Shown one piece after another: positions 1 through 11,062 of a stretch of DNA of 64,000 nt. Under the pieces are notes generated by a model that searched no databases, was not told the origin of the DNA, and saw nothing but the letters and a program-made list of their open reading frames with translations. Both the position numbers and the translations under genes were made by a program. Each line of letters starts with the position of its first letter. Positions within the stretch are counted from its first letter, which is position 1. The DNA comes from Callorhinchus milii (Eukaryota): the NCBI RefSeq assembly GCF_018977255.1, contig NW_024704743.1:76322001-76386000 (forward strand), in the 5' to 3' direction.

Positions 1-120
1 TCCAACAATCTTTCTCTGGGATTTCCATGTGTTGGTGGTAAGCGTAGAATTCTCAGGTTGGTTTGGATACTTTTAAGCATGGTGTTGGGTTTCTGCATGT
101 GTCAGACACCCAGCTGACCC
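1..120 (-). pseudogene. Decayed V-exon relic (relic family R), runs off the window start
   Basis: Acceptor TTTTTTGGGTCAG|CT GGG TGT at 114/113. Frameshifted reading MQKPNTMLKSIQTNLRILR is in register with V FR1 (MIKNQGRTARITC), and GNPRERL resembles FR2 GNPGKGL. Homologous by eye to 15.0-16.05 kb (-) and 50.4 kb (+). Confidence 0.5.
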
Positions 121-167
121 AAAAAAGGCAAACTTTCCTGTACCAAGAAATCTGTAGTTTAATAATA

Positions 168-325
168 ATGAAAAGCTACTCAGTTATTACATCCCTTATT
201 ATCTCCTTGTTGATGTAAATTAAATTTTTAGTTTAATATATTACAATATTTATCTTATTCTTAGTTTTTGTGTTTATTTTCCGGTCAACCGGATGGTCTA
301 ACACATGTGGAAACTCATCGCCATG
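168..325 (+). pseudogene. Inverted leader plus 5' V relic fragment (family R)
   Basis: ATG168 MKSYSVITSLIISLL followed by GTAAAT at 215; resembles the V5 leader end CTTATAATCCTTTTGCCAG|GTAAAT. Acceptor decayed to TCAA (285-288). 281-325 is an imperfect inverted copy of 77-122. Confidence 0.4.
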
Positions 326-599
326 TGTCTGGTTTAGTTTCCACATCTTCACAAATCTCTTGAGTGAAAAAAAGGTTGCAGTTTTCATTTTCTTACTTCT
401 GATTTTAAGGTTCTGTCCTATCTAACCTGTCAGTTCCTTTCATTATTTTAAATCCCTCAATTTTATTGGTAGCAATATTTCTAAAGGAGGAGGAAAAGGG
501 GAAATCCATTGAAGAGAGGATGATGGAAATTAAAAGTTTGCTTTAGCCCAGGAAAATGAATACAGGCTTTAACTATGTGCATCTGTCAAGATTGCCAGT

Positions 600-1260
600 G
601 CCTAAGGTGATACTGATTGAATGTCTCAGTAGGGAGGTGACTGACACAGTGCTCTGCAAGGCTGAAAGATTCAACCAGACGGGCCAATAATCCCCCCAAA
701 TAAAATTTATCATTCATTTCAGGGCTGCTTGTGGTCATTGCTGTACACAAATTGGCTGCCATGTTGCCTACAAAATGCACATTCACTTTTTCTGGACTGT
801 TAACCCGGCAGTAAACAGGCCAAATGCTGTTGACAAACGACATCAAATTGCATTTATAAAGTGTCCTTCACACAGGATAGCATCTCAGAGGGCTTTACAA
901 TGGCTGAGCTGGGAAGAAAGGGGCGGTGACCGTAGGCACAGTCGAAGAGTAAATTCTGTAGCTCAGATCTCAAGATGGGCAAAGAGGGAGTGAGGCGGAG
1001 TGATTGAGGCATGGAGTTCTAGAGGTTCGGGGTGAAGTGGCTGAAAGCATGGCTGCTGATGGTGTAGGGGTCTAAGGATGTGCAGAAGGGTGGAGCTAAC
1101 TGACCAAAGGGGGTAGAGGAGAGTGGTGTGAACATGTTGGGTAGGGAGATGCCTGAGCGTGAAGAGATTTGTAGGTGTGAGTAAGGATCTTGAAATTGAC
1201 TAATTCAATGCCATATAGTTCTGAAGAGTTCTGAAGAGGTACTTGACACTTGAATGGTTT
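600..1260 (-). mobile_element. DeuSINE and L2 3' fragments
   Basis: Deu-domain tail (aaattggctgcc, ccttcacacagg) plus L2-type 3' sequence. Confidence 0.55.
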
Positions 1261-1849
1261 CCTGAATATATGGGCACAACAAACATGACATTTCATATCA
1301 GTCTCGAATGATCACATCAAAATTGTTTAGATATTTTACATTTTGTCTCTAATATTTCAAAACTTAAAAAAAAGTTAATAACTACGTCCAATTTGCCCAT
1401 TGGTGAGTGAACTTTCAACCGTTTTGAACCCACTCTCCAGAACTCTATCCCTCCCTCTCTGAGTTCCTCTGCTTTGCCCCCCTCCCACCTTCAACCCCCA
1501 CCCTCACTTGGCTCCCACTCCCAGCTCAGGTGCCCATCCAGCGCTGTCAATGTGCTTTGGGATGTCCTCCCAACGTGAAAGGCACTACATAAATATAAAC
1601 TATTATTGTATTGTATCAAGACCTATCTTTTCAACCTTGCATTTGGCCAACAAAATAAATGTTTCTTGATTTAATATTTCTTGATTTATTGGCTACCCAG
1701 TGAAAACAAGCAGTTAAAACAGAGGATGGGATTGTTGCTTGTCTTGTAATGGCACACAATGCAGTTAAACTTTTTTTGATAGTATATGTTGTGTGTATAG
1801 GATGTGATATTTGTATCCGTAATTATTCTGGGTTTGATTTGATGCCTAC

Positions 1850-2222
1850 AAGATATAATAATAATCCTTGCATTTGATATAGCACCTTTACGTCATCAAA
1901 ACATCTCAAAGTGCTTCACAGGATATACTGTAAAGTGGATTGACTGTGTATTTTGTGAGCAAAATGCGGCAGCCAGTGTGCACAGCAGTGTCCCACAAAC
2001 AGCTATGGAGTGAATGACAATTTTATGGCCAGGACACCAGGAGAAACTTCTACCTCTTTTCGAATAGTGCCATGGGATCTTTAATGACCCCTCAACAGGC
2101 AGACAGGATCTCGGTTTAATGCCTCATCTGAAGCATGGCACCTCCGTCAATGCAACACCCCTTACCAGCAGTGTATTGGAGTGTCATCTTAGACTATGTC
2201 CCAACATGGGCTATGAAGCCGC

Positions 2223-2253
<31 letters not shown>

Positions 2254-2270
2254 ACTGGGCCAAGCTGACA
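1850..2270 (-). mobile_element. Older long DeuSINE (SacSINE1-like)
   Basis: Reverse complement begins gtcagcttggcccagtggtagcactcttgcctctgagtcagaagg (tRNA head), includes the ccatggcactattcgaaaagag core and ends in the Deu tail with an ATT repeat. Confidence 0.75.
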
Positions 2271-2471
2271 AACACACATTGACTGAGCTGAGTGAGACGG
2301 ATTTGTTCTACCAACATCACATAAGTTTTATATGTTGAATCTAAACGTTGAGTGCAAACTGCATCTGCTGTTCTGCTGTTTCTATGCCGCTGTGCGCAGA
2401 TGGGTTTCTGTGGTTCCTCTGAGTGTGTGTGTGTGTACAAAACAAATCACCAAAGCAGCAAAAGTTCGGAA

Positions 2472-2510
2472 GGTTTTTGTAAAGGGGTTGCATCTCTATT
2501 TAGTGCTGTG
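2472..2510 (-). other. 23-RSS of V1
   Basis: CACAGCA (2510-2504), 23 nt, ACAAAAACC (2480-2472). Confidence 0.95.
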
Positions 2511-2951
2511 CTCTTCCCAGGCGGCACAATAATAGGTAGCGGAGTCGTCCAGTGTAATCTGATCGATTATCAGACTGCAAGCTTTCTTATCCATTTCAAT
2601 TTTGAACCGGTTGTCGACTCCCGCATCTAGTACTGTTCCAGAATTATAAATGAGTAACCTGGTGAGTGGCTGATTCTTTTTATGTTGGTACCAGTGGACA
2701 ACCAACCCAATACTTATTTCGCCATCGGTCCTGTTACAGTGAATTCGAATTGTTTTACCGAGACGCTTGGTGATTGAAACGGGATACTGTGTTAAGATCA
2801 TAGCAAAACATCCACCTGAAAAGAAAGCAGAAACAAAATAAAATATAATATAGACTATGAAAGAAATGGCAAATGTACAGCATATACTTGTTAGAGTTGA
2901 GTACGTACAGGGCAAAAGCACCAGTGCAAAAAAACAGTGATGCAGCTTCAT
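2511..2951 (-). CDS. TRGV: TCR gamma V segment V1 (intact; leader 2951-2909, V exon 2815-2511)
   Basis: MKLHHCFFALVLLP|C GCFAMILTQ..IHC..VVHWYQ..YYCAAWEE. GT donor at 2908, CAG acceptor ending 2816, 23-RSS. HWY and YYCAxW are TRGV-type motifs. Confidence 0.93.
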
Positions 2952-4369
2952 GATGCAGTGTTACACTGTTCAGTGCAGCTCTGGGTGAGAGATGTCATGT
3001 AATCGAGCTGTTTAAACAGATCAAATAGATCTGTTTTTTTTCCATCTGTGAATCCAATCATTGTGTCAGAAAGCCCGGATTTCCTGCCTTTACAAACCGC
3101 GGGCCAGTTTCTGTTTCTCTCTTTATTTCCACTTCTAAAGTTAGAGGAAGGCGTTAAAAAAAGAATGACAGGTGCATATCTGATGGTGTTGTACACATGT
3201 CTCACTTTGTTACTTTGGTTTTGGGGTGACACGATCAAAACTTAACGTTTGACATAAAACAGTTGTGAGTTTGAGAAAGTTAGAGTTCATGATTTTTGTT
3301 TAAAAAATACACATTTAGTTATTCAATTCAATGAAGGGGAATAACATTTGCGCAGCTTGGATTAAGAGGTTCGAGCGATCAAGTGGGTCACAGACGGAAG
3401 TTTACTCTGAGCTACGCAGTGGAGAATATGCTTGAGCCCTCGAGTTTTTGGTCCCCAGAATCTTATTGGAATTGTCACACAGAAAATGCCTTTGTAAAAT
3501 CACATTTGAAAAAGTACACGTTTTATGTTTAATACTTTTTTTAATACCTGCTGTACAATTGGCTGATGCAATTTGCCCACAAAATACAGTCAATTACTTT
3601 ACAATATATTCTGTGAAGCGCTTTGAAATGTCCTAATGACATGATAAGGCTCTTTATCAAACGCAAGGATTATTATTATTGTTATTGCTTTGCTTCCCTG
3701 TAGAATGTTCAGCCTGTGACTATGTCACACACACTAATCAATGGTTTAACTGCCCTGTGTAATAAATAGCTGATAACTGCAATGAATGACTCACAGGTTC
3801 TCTGGAAATATTTTGTGAATGATTTCTCGCCAGCCTTTCATTCTCTGATGTTGAATTTTGTTTTGTAGCCTCTATAATTTTCACCTGGTCTGCTCAGTTA
3901 ATGTTTGTTTTTCTCATTCCCATCTTTCTCCTTTTGATTTCTGGATACTTTTTGATTTGTTTTAATGTACTACAGATATGGTTGTTTAAATTGCAGCATG
4001 CACTCCTGACTCCTTTGACATACTTGAAATAAAATTGCGCACAGCAGTGTCTCACAAACAGTTTTGATTTGAGTGACCAAATTATTATTTTTTATCTGCT
4101 ATGCATTTCCAGTTAATTGTTTTATTACAGATTCCCAACTTTTGTAATTGTTTTCATCATTATTTTGGCTGGGTGAACATTGATAGGACTCGAAAACTCT
4201 GAAGATAAGCACAAGCACATCAGAAAAAACATTTCTGCAGTGAACAAGTTTGCAGTCGATATTTGCATTACTACATATTTCAATTTTTAACCCTTGATAG
4301 TTTGTCTCTTTTTCACATTCCCGATTATTTTATGCCCGCACTAAGCTTGGTGAACCATCATTCCCACCC

Positions 4370-4810
4370 TTGCCTCACTTCAATGGTTCCCCATCTCCCA
4401 GAGGGTGGAGTTCAAGATGCTTGTTCTCAACTTTAAAGCCATTCACGGTCTTGTTCCTCCCAACCTCTGTGACCTATTACAACTTCAGCAACCTGACCGC
4501 TCCTTCCGCTCTGCAGGAATTGGACTATTCCACGTCCCGCGCCCTGCCTGGTCCACTATTGGCAGTTGGTCCTTCAGCGTTTTTGCCCCCACCTTCTGGA
4601 ACCATCCTGGAGACCCTGTGGCTTGCCACCTCCTTCAAGGCCTATCTCAAGATGTTCCTTTTCAATTGTGCCTTTGGTCATCTTCCCAACCCCACCCCGC
4701 CTTCCCCTCCACACTTCTTCAATCTCAATCCACAGCTCAGATGCAATCCCCTCATTGTCTGACACCTTGGGACATACTCCCAAAGTGAAAGGTGCTATAT
4801 AAACGGAATT
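4370..4810 (+). mobile_element. L2 LINE 3' fragment
   Basis: ORF EFKMLVLNFKAIHGLVPPNLCDLL..RSFRSAG is the L2 ORF2 C-terminus; tail gtgaaaggtgctatataaa. Confidence 0.85.
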
Positions 4811-5199
4811 TGAGTTGTTGTCTGTCACAGTTCATATCAATATATTAGATATGAGTGATGTCAACAATATTCCCAAATGGTCACATGATATAACAAGCTG
4901 CCAGAGCAGCACGTTTTCTTTAACATCCACCTGAACAGATAAGCAGGGCTTCAGTTTAATTTCTCACACATTTTGGAAATATTTCTGTGATTTGACTTGT
5001 AATGATATAAAAGAGACAGACCTCTGGTATTGAAATACATATTGCAGAAATAATTTTAATTAGTTTTAATTTATGTGGTGAAAGAAAACATTGAATAAGA
5101 TTTATTTCAATGAGAATGGCATTGTAGTCAATGATTTAGAGCTGTCAAGGAAACCCCAAACACCCTCAAAAGCCTAAATACAATAACTAGAACTGGAAT

Positions 5200-5620
5200 T
5201 CACATTAATAATGATAAACATTTTTGCATTTGATATATCAGATCAAAACGCTTCACAGAATTTTCTGTAAAGTTCTTTTATAAGCAAACACAGCAACCAA
5301 TTTGGGCCAAACAATGTCCCAGAAACAGCCATGAAATGAATGTTCAATTTTATTTGGGGGATTTATAATATTTTGTTTTATTTTATTTCGGGGATTTGTT
5401 GGCCAGGATATTGGAAGAAACACCGTTCTCTTTTCGAGTAGTACCATGGTATATTTTACATCCATTTGATCAGGCAGATGGGACTTTAGTTTAACATCTC
5501 ATCCAATGGCACTTCTGAAAATGTAATTCTCCCCAGCAGTGCACTGATGTGTCAGCCTAGACTTTAATTTCAAAATCTCCAATTGAGGATAGCATGCTAT
5601 CAACTGAGTCCAGCTGACAA
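5200..5620 (-). mobile_element. Older DeuSINE
   Basis: Same head, core and tail as 1850-2270. Confidence 0.7.
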
Positions 5621-5729
5621 CTAAATCTGATTTTGTAACTGGTTGGGAAGCCCTTTGAGAAATGGTAGGAGCAGATATTGTCCATGTTAACCAATGTCTG
5701 GATAACAACAATAACAATTTATATAGTAC

Positions 5730-6580
5730 TTAGATAGCACTTCTATCACACCCTCCATGCAGGGTGGTGTCATCCGAGCCTGGGGTGGGGGGAGCAGAGG
5801 TGATCGTAAGTATGGTCAAAAGGAAGGTTTTCAGGTGGGACTTGAAAAAGGGGAGAGTGTGGACAAGTCGGAGGGATTGAAGAAGAGTGTTCACAGTTTC
5901 AGGGCAAAGTAACTGAAAGCGTGATCTCCAATGGGGGAGTGGAGGGTGCGAGGGACAAGTAGGAGTCCGGTTCCATTCAAGCGGAGGTGCCGGGTGGTGG
6001 ATTGGGGAGTAAGGAGGTTGGAGAGGTAGTGAGGTGCCAGGGAGTGAATGGATCTGAACACGAGTGTGAGGATCTTGAAGTCAATCCATTCGGTAATCGG
6101 GAGCCAGTGTAGCTTGGCCAGAACTGCTGAGATGTGGGTATGGAGTTTGGTCCGGGTAAATATGCGGGCAACAGTGTTCCGAATGAGCTGGATTTTTTGA
6201 TTAGCTGGGAAGACCAGCGAGGAGTGGGTGTGAATAATCCAAGCTGGAGGTGACAAATGCACACACAAGGGTTTCGGCTGTATTTCGGTTAAGGTACAGT
6301 CAGAGGTGGGCAATATGGTGGAGGTGAAGGAAGATGGTCCTGGTCAGGATTGTGGGGATTGTGGGGAAGGAAGGACAGTTGGGGGGTTGAACTGGATGCC
6401 TAGATTGCGCACTGAGGGAGAACCCAGGGAGTTTGAGGAATTCAGATCCGCAGGAGTGAAGACGTTGGCGGGAGCCAAGGAGAACAGCTTCCGTCTTGTC
6501 CACATTCACCTGCAGGAAGTTTGCACTCATGCAGGCCATGATGTCTGCCAAACAAGCTTGATAGAACATTGGATAAAATA
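5730..6580 (-). mobile_element. L2 LINE fragment (RT end and C-terminus)
   Basis: ORFs NFLQVNVDKTEAVLLG and AKLHWLPITEWIDFKILTLVFRSIHSLAPHYL. Confidence 0.88.
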
Positions 6581-6789
6581 GTTACTTCCATTAACCCTCC
6601 CCTGCTGAGACTGTGACTCCTTATGGTGGACATTTACCTCTTGGAGTGAGAATAACTGCCAGTGTGAGTGAATAATTTGCAAAAGAAAATTCACATTAAG
6701 CCAATGAGTCAGAAAGAACCCAAAAGAAGAACAAACTAAGTATCTAAACAAAGAAACTAAAATCAATTAGATTGGAAAGCTAATAAAGT

Positions 6790-7560
6790 TGAAACATAGT
6801 GTTCACCATCCAAGGATGCACACTCCAAGCCAGTCTGGAACCTGGCGTCTTGTTTGACCTTCAACTATCCTTTCTAACCCACATCCATGCCATGTCCTGC
6901 TCTGCCTTCCCCCACTCTGCAACATCGCCCGGCTCTGCCACTGTCTCATATCGCAGGCCGCCGAGACCCTCAGACATTCATAACATCCAGGCCCTACTAC
7001 ACAAACACCCTGCTTCTCGGCTTCCTCAACTCCTCCCTCCATAGGCTACAGATCATCTAGAACTCTGCAGCCTGTGTCCTCTCCTGCTCTGTGACCCTAT
7101 CACCCCCATCCTTACTCGACTCCACTGGCTTCCCATCACACAGAGGATACAGTTCAGGATCCTGATCCTCATCTTCAAAGCCGTCCGTGGCCTTGCTCCC
7201 CCCGACCTCTATGACCTTCTAACCCCCTACCAACCTGCCCGCTCCCTCCGCTCAGCGGGCTTTGGCCTGCTTCACATCCCCCGTCTTGCCCGTCCCACCA
7301 TTGGCGGGCGGACCTTCTGCCACTCTGCCCCCACTCTCTGGAACTCCATCCCGCAGTCCCTCCGCCTTGCCCGCTTCCTTGCCTCCTTCAAGATGTGTCT
7401 CAAGATGCTCCTCTTCAACTGTGTCTTCGGTCACTCTCCTTCCCCCCACGCCCTTCACCCTCCCTGATCCTGGCCCCCAGCTCGGGTCTGAAACACTAAT
7501 TGTCCAGTGCCTTGGGACTTCCTCCCGATGTGAAAGATGCTTTACAAATATAATTTTGTT
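6790..7560 (+). mobile_element. L2 LINE 3' fragment
   Basis: ctccactggcttcccatcacacagaggatacagttcaggatcc (LHWLPITQRIQFRI) plus L2 tail. Confidence 0.85.
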
Positions 7561-7639
7561 ATTGTTGTTCAGCTAAACAAACAATGAATTGCAAGAGATT
7601 TTGTAATGGCAGTTCTGGTCCAAACTGAAGAAATCATTA

Positions 7640-8430
7640 TGATAACAGCAGTCCCTGCATTTGACATAGTGTTTTATCACATTGTCAAAATGTCTCTGAG
7701 CGTTTCATAGGATTTTATGATAAATGAAGTGACCATGTATTTTGTAGGTGAGCCTGATTTGAAAGGATAAGCAGCCAATTTGCGTCACAGCAATGTCCCA
7801 CAAACAGCCTTGAAATTAATACAACAACAACAAAATTACATTTGTATAGCATGTTTCACGTTGGGAGGATGTGGTAATTTTATCTGGGGGATTGTTGGCT
7901 AGAACTCTGGGAAAATTTTCTTTGTATTTTGAATAGGATAATAATAATAATTTTGCAATTTGAAATAGTGCCTTAACATATCTTCGAGACTCTCATAGTG
8001 CTTCACAGGATATACTATAAAATGGATTGACTGTGTATTTTGTGAGCGAATCGCAGCAGCCAGTTTGTGCAAAGCAATGTCCCACAAACAGTCATAGAGT
8101 GAGTAACCACTTTTATTTGAGTAATTTGTTGGTGAGGACACCAGAAAAAAATACCTTCTCTTTTCCAATAGTGCCATGGGATCCTTGACATTCATCTAAA
8201 TAGCCAGACAGGACCTTGATTTAATATTGCATCCAAGGGACAGCTCTGACAATGCAACTGGATTATGAGGCTGACATCTAAATTTTATGTCTATCACAGA
8301 TATATAGATCACAGCATTTCCCCCACAAAATATACAGTCAATCCACTTTACAGTATATTCTGGGAAGTGCTTTGAGACGTCTAGAAGATGTGATAAGGGG
8401 CAATATCAAATGCAAGGATTATTATTATAT
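7640..8430 (-). mobile_element. Cluster of DeuSINE fragments
   Basis: Repeated Deu tails (gcagccagtttgtgcaaagcaatgtcccacaaacag) and core ccatgggatcc. Confidence 0.7.
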
Positions 8431-8763
8431 TCTAGCCTTCAGACTCATGCCTAAATAGGATTAATGAATAAGATCAGGGGAAAGGAAGAGAAAGGATGAA
8501 AGAGAGTAAAAAAAAACAAAGGAAAATGATTCACAGGTGATTACTGGAAAGTGTAATGATTGTTTTAGTTTTGATGATCCTATTTTTAACAAATTACCTC
8601 TATATTTATTTAGAAGATGTTTATGATAACCAGAACTGCTGAGTTCTATTTTATTTGGTCAGGTACACAGAAAACAGCTGCTTTTAGCTGTTGCTTTCTG
8701 TTGAATTTCTGAGGAATGTTCACGTTGCATTTGTGATAAGAAGTGAAGCAGCAAGTAAGGCAG

Positions 8764-8802
8764 AGTTTTTGTAGAAGGTTTCTAGTGCTATATAGTTCTG
8801 TG
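8764..8802 (-). other. 23-RSS of V2
   Basis: CACAGAA-23-ACAAAAACT. Confidence 0.9.
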
Positions 8803-9232
8803 GTTGTATAAATGGCCCAGTAATAGTTAGCAGTGACATTCTGTACAATGTTGTCGATTATAAGAAGGCAAGTATTGTTTCTATTTATTTCTGTCTTAAA
8901 TCTATAATTAGGTATAGCATTCTTAGTACTATAATAGACTTTTCTGGTGAGCGGTTGATTTGGTTTCTGTTGGCACCAGTGGATGTTATAATTGCCAACA
9001 TGACCATTCTCCATCTTGCAATGAAATCTGACAGTTTTATCAACAGATTTGGTAATCGAAATCGGTGACTGAAGCAAAGTCTGAGCACAACTCCAACCTG
9101 GAAAAAATACAACGAAAAAGAAATAATTTTAGACTCCAATTAGTATTTTAAACAGATGACCATTTAACTGTATAAACAGAACTACTTACAAGGAATAAAT
9201 ATCGCCACAATAAACCAATAATTTAGTGACAT
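8803..9232 (-). CDS. TRGV: TRGV V2, open reading frame lacking Cys104 (leader 9232-9190, V exon 9097-8803)
   Basis: MSLNYWFIVAIFIP|C WSCAQTLLQSP..RFHC..IHWCQ..TCLLII..YYWAIYT. GTAAGT donor, CAG acceptor, no stop, RSS present; YYC is YYW (TGG) and WYQ is WCQ. Confidence 0.85.
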
Positions 9233-9479
9233 GATAATACAGTGTTCAATGTTGTGCTGCTGAGACGTGTGATGCAGTACATTTGTTTGGTCAAATCTAT
9301 ATAAAGTGAAAAGGAAGTGGCTCATTATTCTAACCAATCCCTGTTCAGATGGTTTACAGCTGCTATTAGTATATACTCAGTTGCTAACTTGTTTTAAAAA
9401 TTGTTTTTTCTAAACCTGCTTATGTAATAGAAAGTAATATTTGATAGTTGATTGTACATAGACTGGTTTATATTCTAGT

Positions 9480-9980
9480 GTTCTGTTCGACCCTGAGCTG
9501 TCCTTTCTCCCTCATATCCGCGCCACAACTGGCACCGCCTTCCATCACCTCAGGAATGTCGCCAGACTACGGCACTACCATTCACGGCCTTGTCCCCTCC
9601 TACCTCTCCGACCTACTATCCTCCTACCTGCCTGCCCGTACCCTCCGATCCTCTGGCTCCGGTCTGCTCCACATCCCCCGCCCCAACCGCCCTACCATCG
9701 GCGGCCGGGCCTTCAACCTCTCAGCCCCGAGGCTCTGGAACTCCATCCCCCAGTGCCTTCGCCGCCTCCTCCCTTTCCTCCTTCAAGGCCGGTCTCAAGA
9801 CCTTTCTCTTTGACCGTGCCTTCAGCTCCCCTCTCGACTCTCTACCCCCTTCTCGCTCGCTCCCTCCCTTCCCTCCCCTCACCCTGACCATAACCCCCCT
9901 GCTCGGGTCCTGACCCAGCTGTACAGTGCCTTGGGACGTCCTCCCGATGTGAAAGGCGCTCTATAAATGGAATCTTGTTG
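9480..9980 (+). mobile_element. Young L2 3' fragment
   Basis: IHGLVPSYLSDLLSSYLPARTLRSSGSGLL..RAFNLSAPRLWNSIP; tail gtgaaaggcgctctataaatggaatcttgttgttg. Confidence 0.88.
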
Positions 9981-10049
9981 TTGTTGTAGTGTATTGTTCC
10001 TACTTTTTTCGAACTTCTCAATGGCCAATGCCGAGAACAACCAGAATGA

Positions 10050-10520
10050 TTGAGCAAATGGAGCGACTGGACTATGAGGAGTGATTAAGTAAACTGGGCA
10101 TGTACACGCTGGAAAAGAGTAAGCTAAGCGGCGATATGATTGTGTTTTTCAAGGTTCTAAAGGGAATGGATAATGTAGCCCATTTAAGCTGTTTTATCTT
10201 GTCTGGAACAGTAGCACCAGAGGACATGGCCTGTGATTGAATTCAAAAATTCAAAACAAATCTGCGGAAACACTATTTCAGTGAGTGAGCAGTAAATGTA
10301 TGGAACAGGCTCCATGGGGGTCTGTGAAAGCAGGAAGTGTTGATTCTTTCAAAAGCTAATTAGATAGCTTTTGTTTATGGAAATAATATCTTGGAATACA
10401 GTATATAGTTTGGGACATGAAATATGCATGCGAGTGCCAGGATGGTGGAAGGTGAACTGGGTGGACCTTGGACTTTTTTCGTCAATCAATTCTTATGTTC
10501 CTTCTTATGTTCTTATTCTG
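10050..10520 (+). mobile_element. CR1 LINE 3' fragment
   Basis: Degenerate LGMYTLEK..GDMI.FK.LKG and RGHG motifs; 3' UTR ending ttcttatgttc. Confidence 0.8.
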
Positions 10521-10749
10521 ATGATCTGCACAACTCCCTCATTGTGATCCTCAATACTTTCAATCCTACCACATCACAAGTTATTAGAAAATTAGGTATT
10601 TCTCTCTCTCAAACTTCCTTGCAGCCTGCCTTTATCCCCCCCCCCCCCCCCGCCCACCACCGACACCCAATGAGCTTGCCATTGCCCCCTAAATCTCTTA
10701 TTGAGTTCCTCCTCACTGCTTTACCATAGTTTCTTTACTGCTGACAATA

Positions 10750-11062
10750 GTGGAGTCCTGTAGCTCAGTGGTTAGAACACTCGCTTTGCAAGCGAGAGAC
10801 CTGAGTTCAATTCAATTCCAGGCAGGGCGAAATCTTGGGCAAGTTTCCTTACTCCACACGCCTAATAATAATCCCTCCAAAAACAATAATAAATTGGTCA
10901 TTTTCAATCTACGACTGTTTGTGGGACATTGCTGTGCGCAATTGGCTGCCGCGTTCGCCCACAAATATACAGTCTTTACAGTGTGTTCTGTGAAGCGCTT
11001 TGGGACGTCCTCCCGACGTGAAAAGCGCTATATCAAATGCAAGGATTATTATTATTATTATT
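10750..11062 (+). mobile_element. Young tRNA-Ala-derived SINE with Deu/L2-type tail
   Basis: Head gtcctgtagctcagtggttagaacactcgctttgcaagcgag (A/B boxes, TGC loop), (ATT)n tail, candidate TSD aatagtg. Confidence 0.9.

Noticed and set aside
4915-4950. CTGTTCAG|GTGGATGTT resembling the V1 acceptor
   Set aside because: The same string is part of the DeuSINE core (caggtggatgttaaag) and no V exon follows.
10750-10830. tRNA-Ala(TGC)-like cloverleaf (also at 15233, 15565, 37900)
   Set aside because: These are SINE heads fused to a common body and tail, with an imperfect T stem and acceptor end; not tRNA genes.
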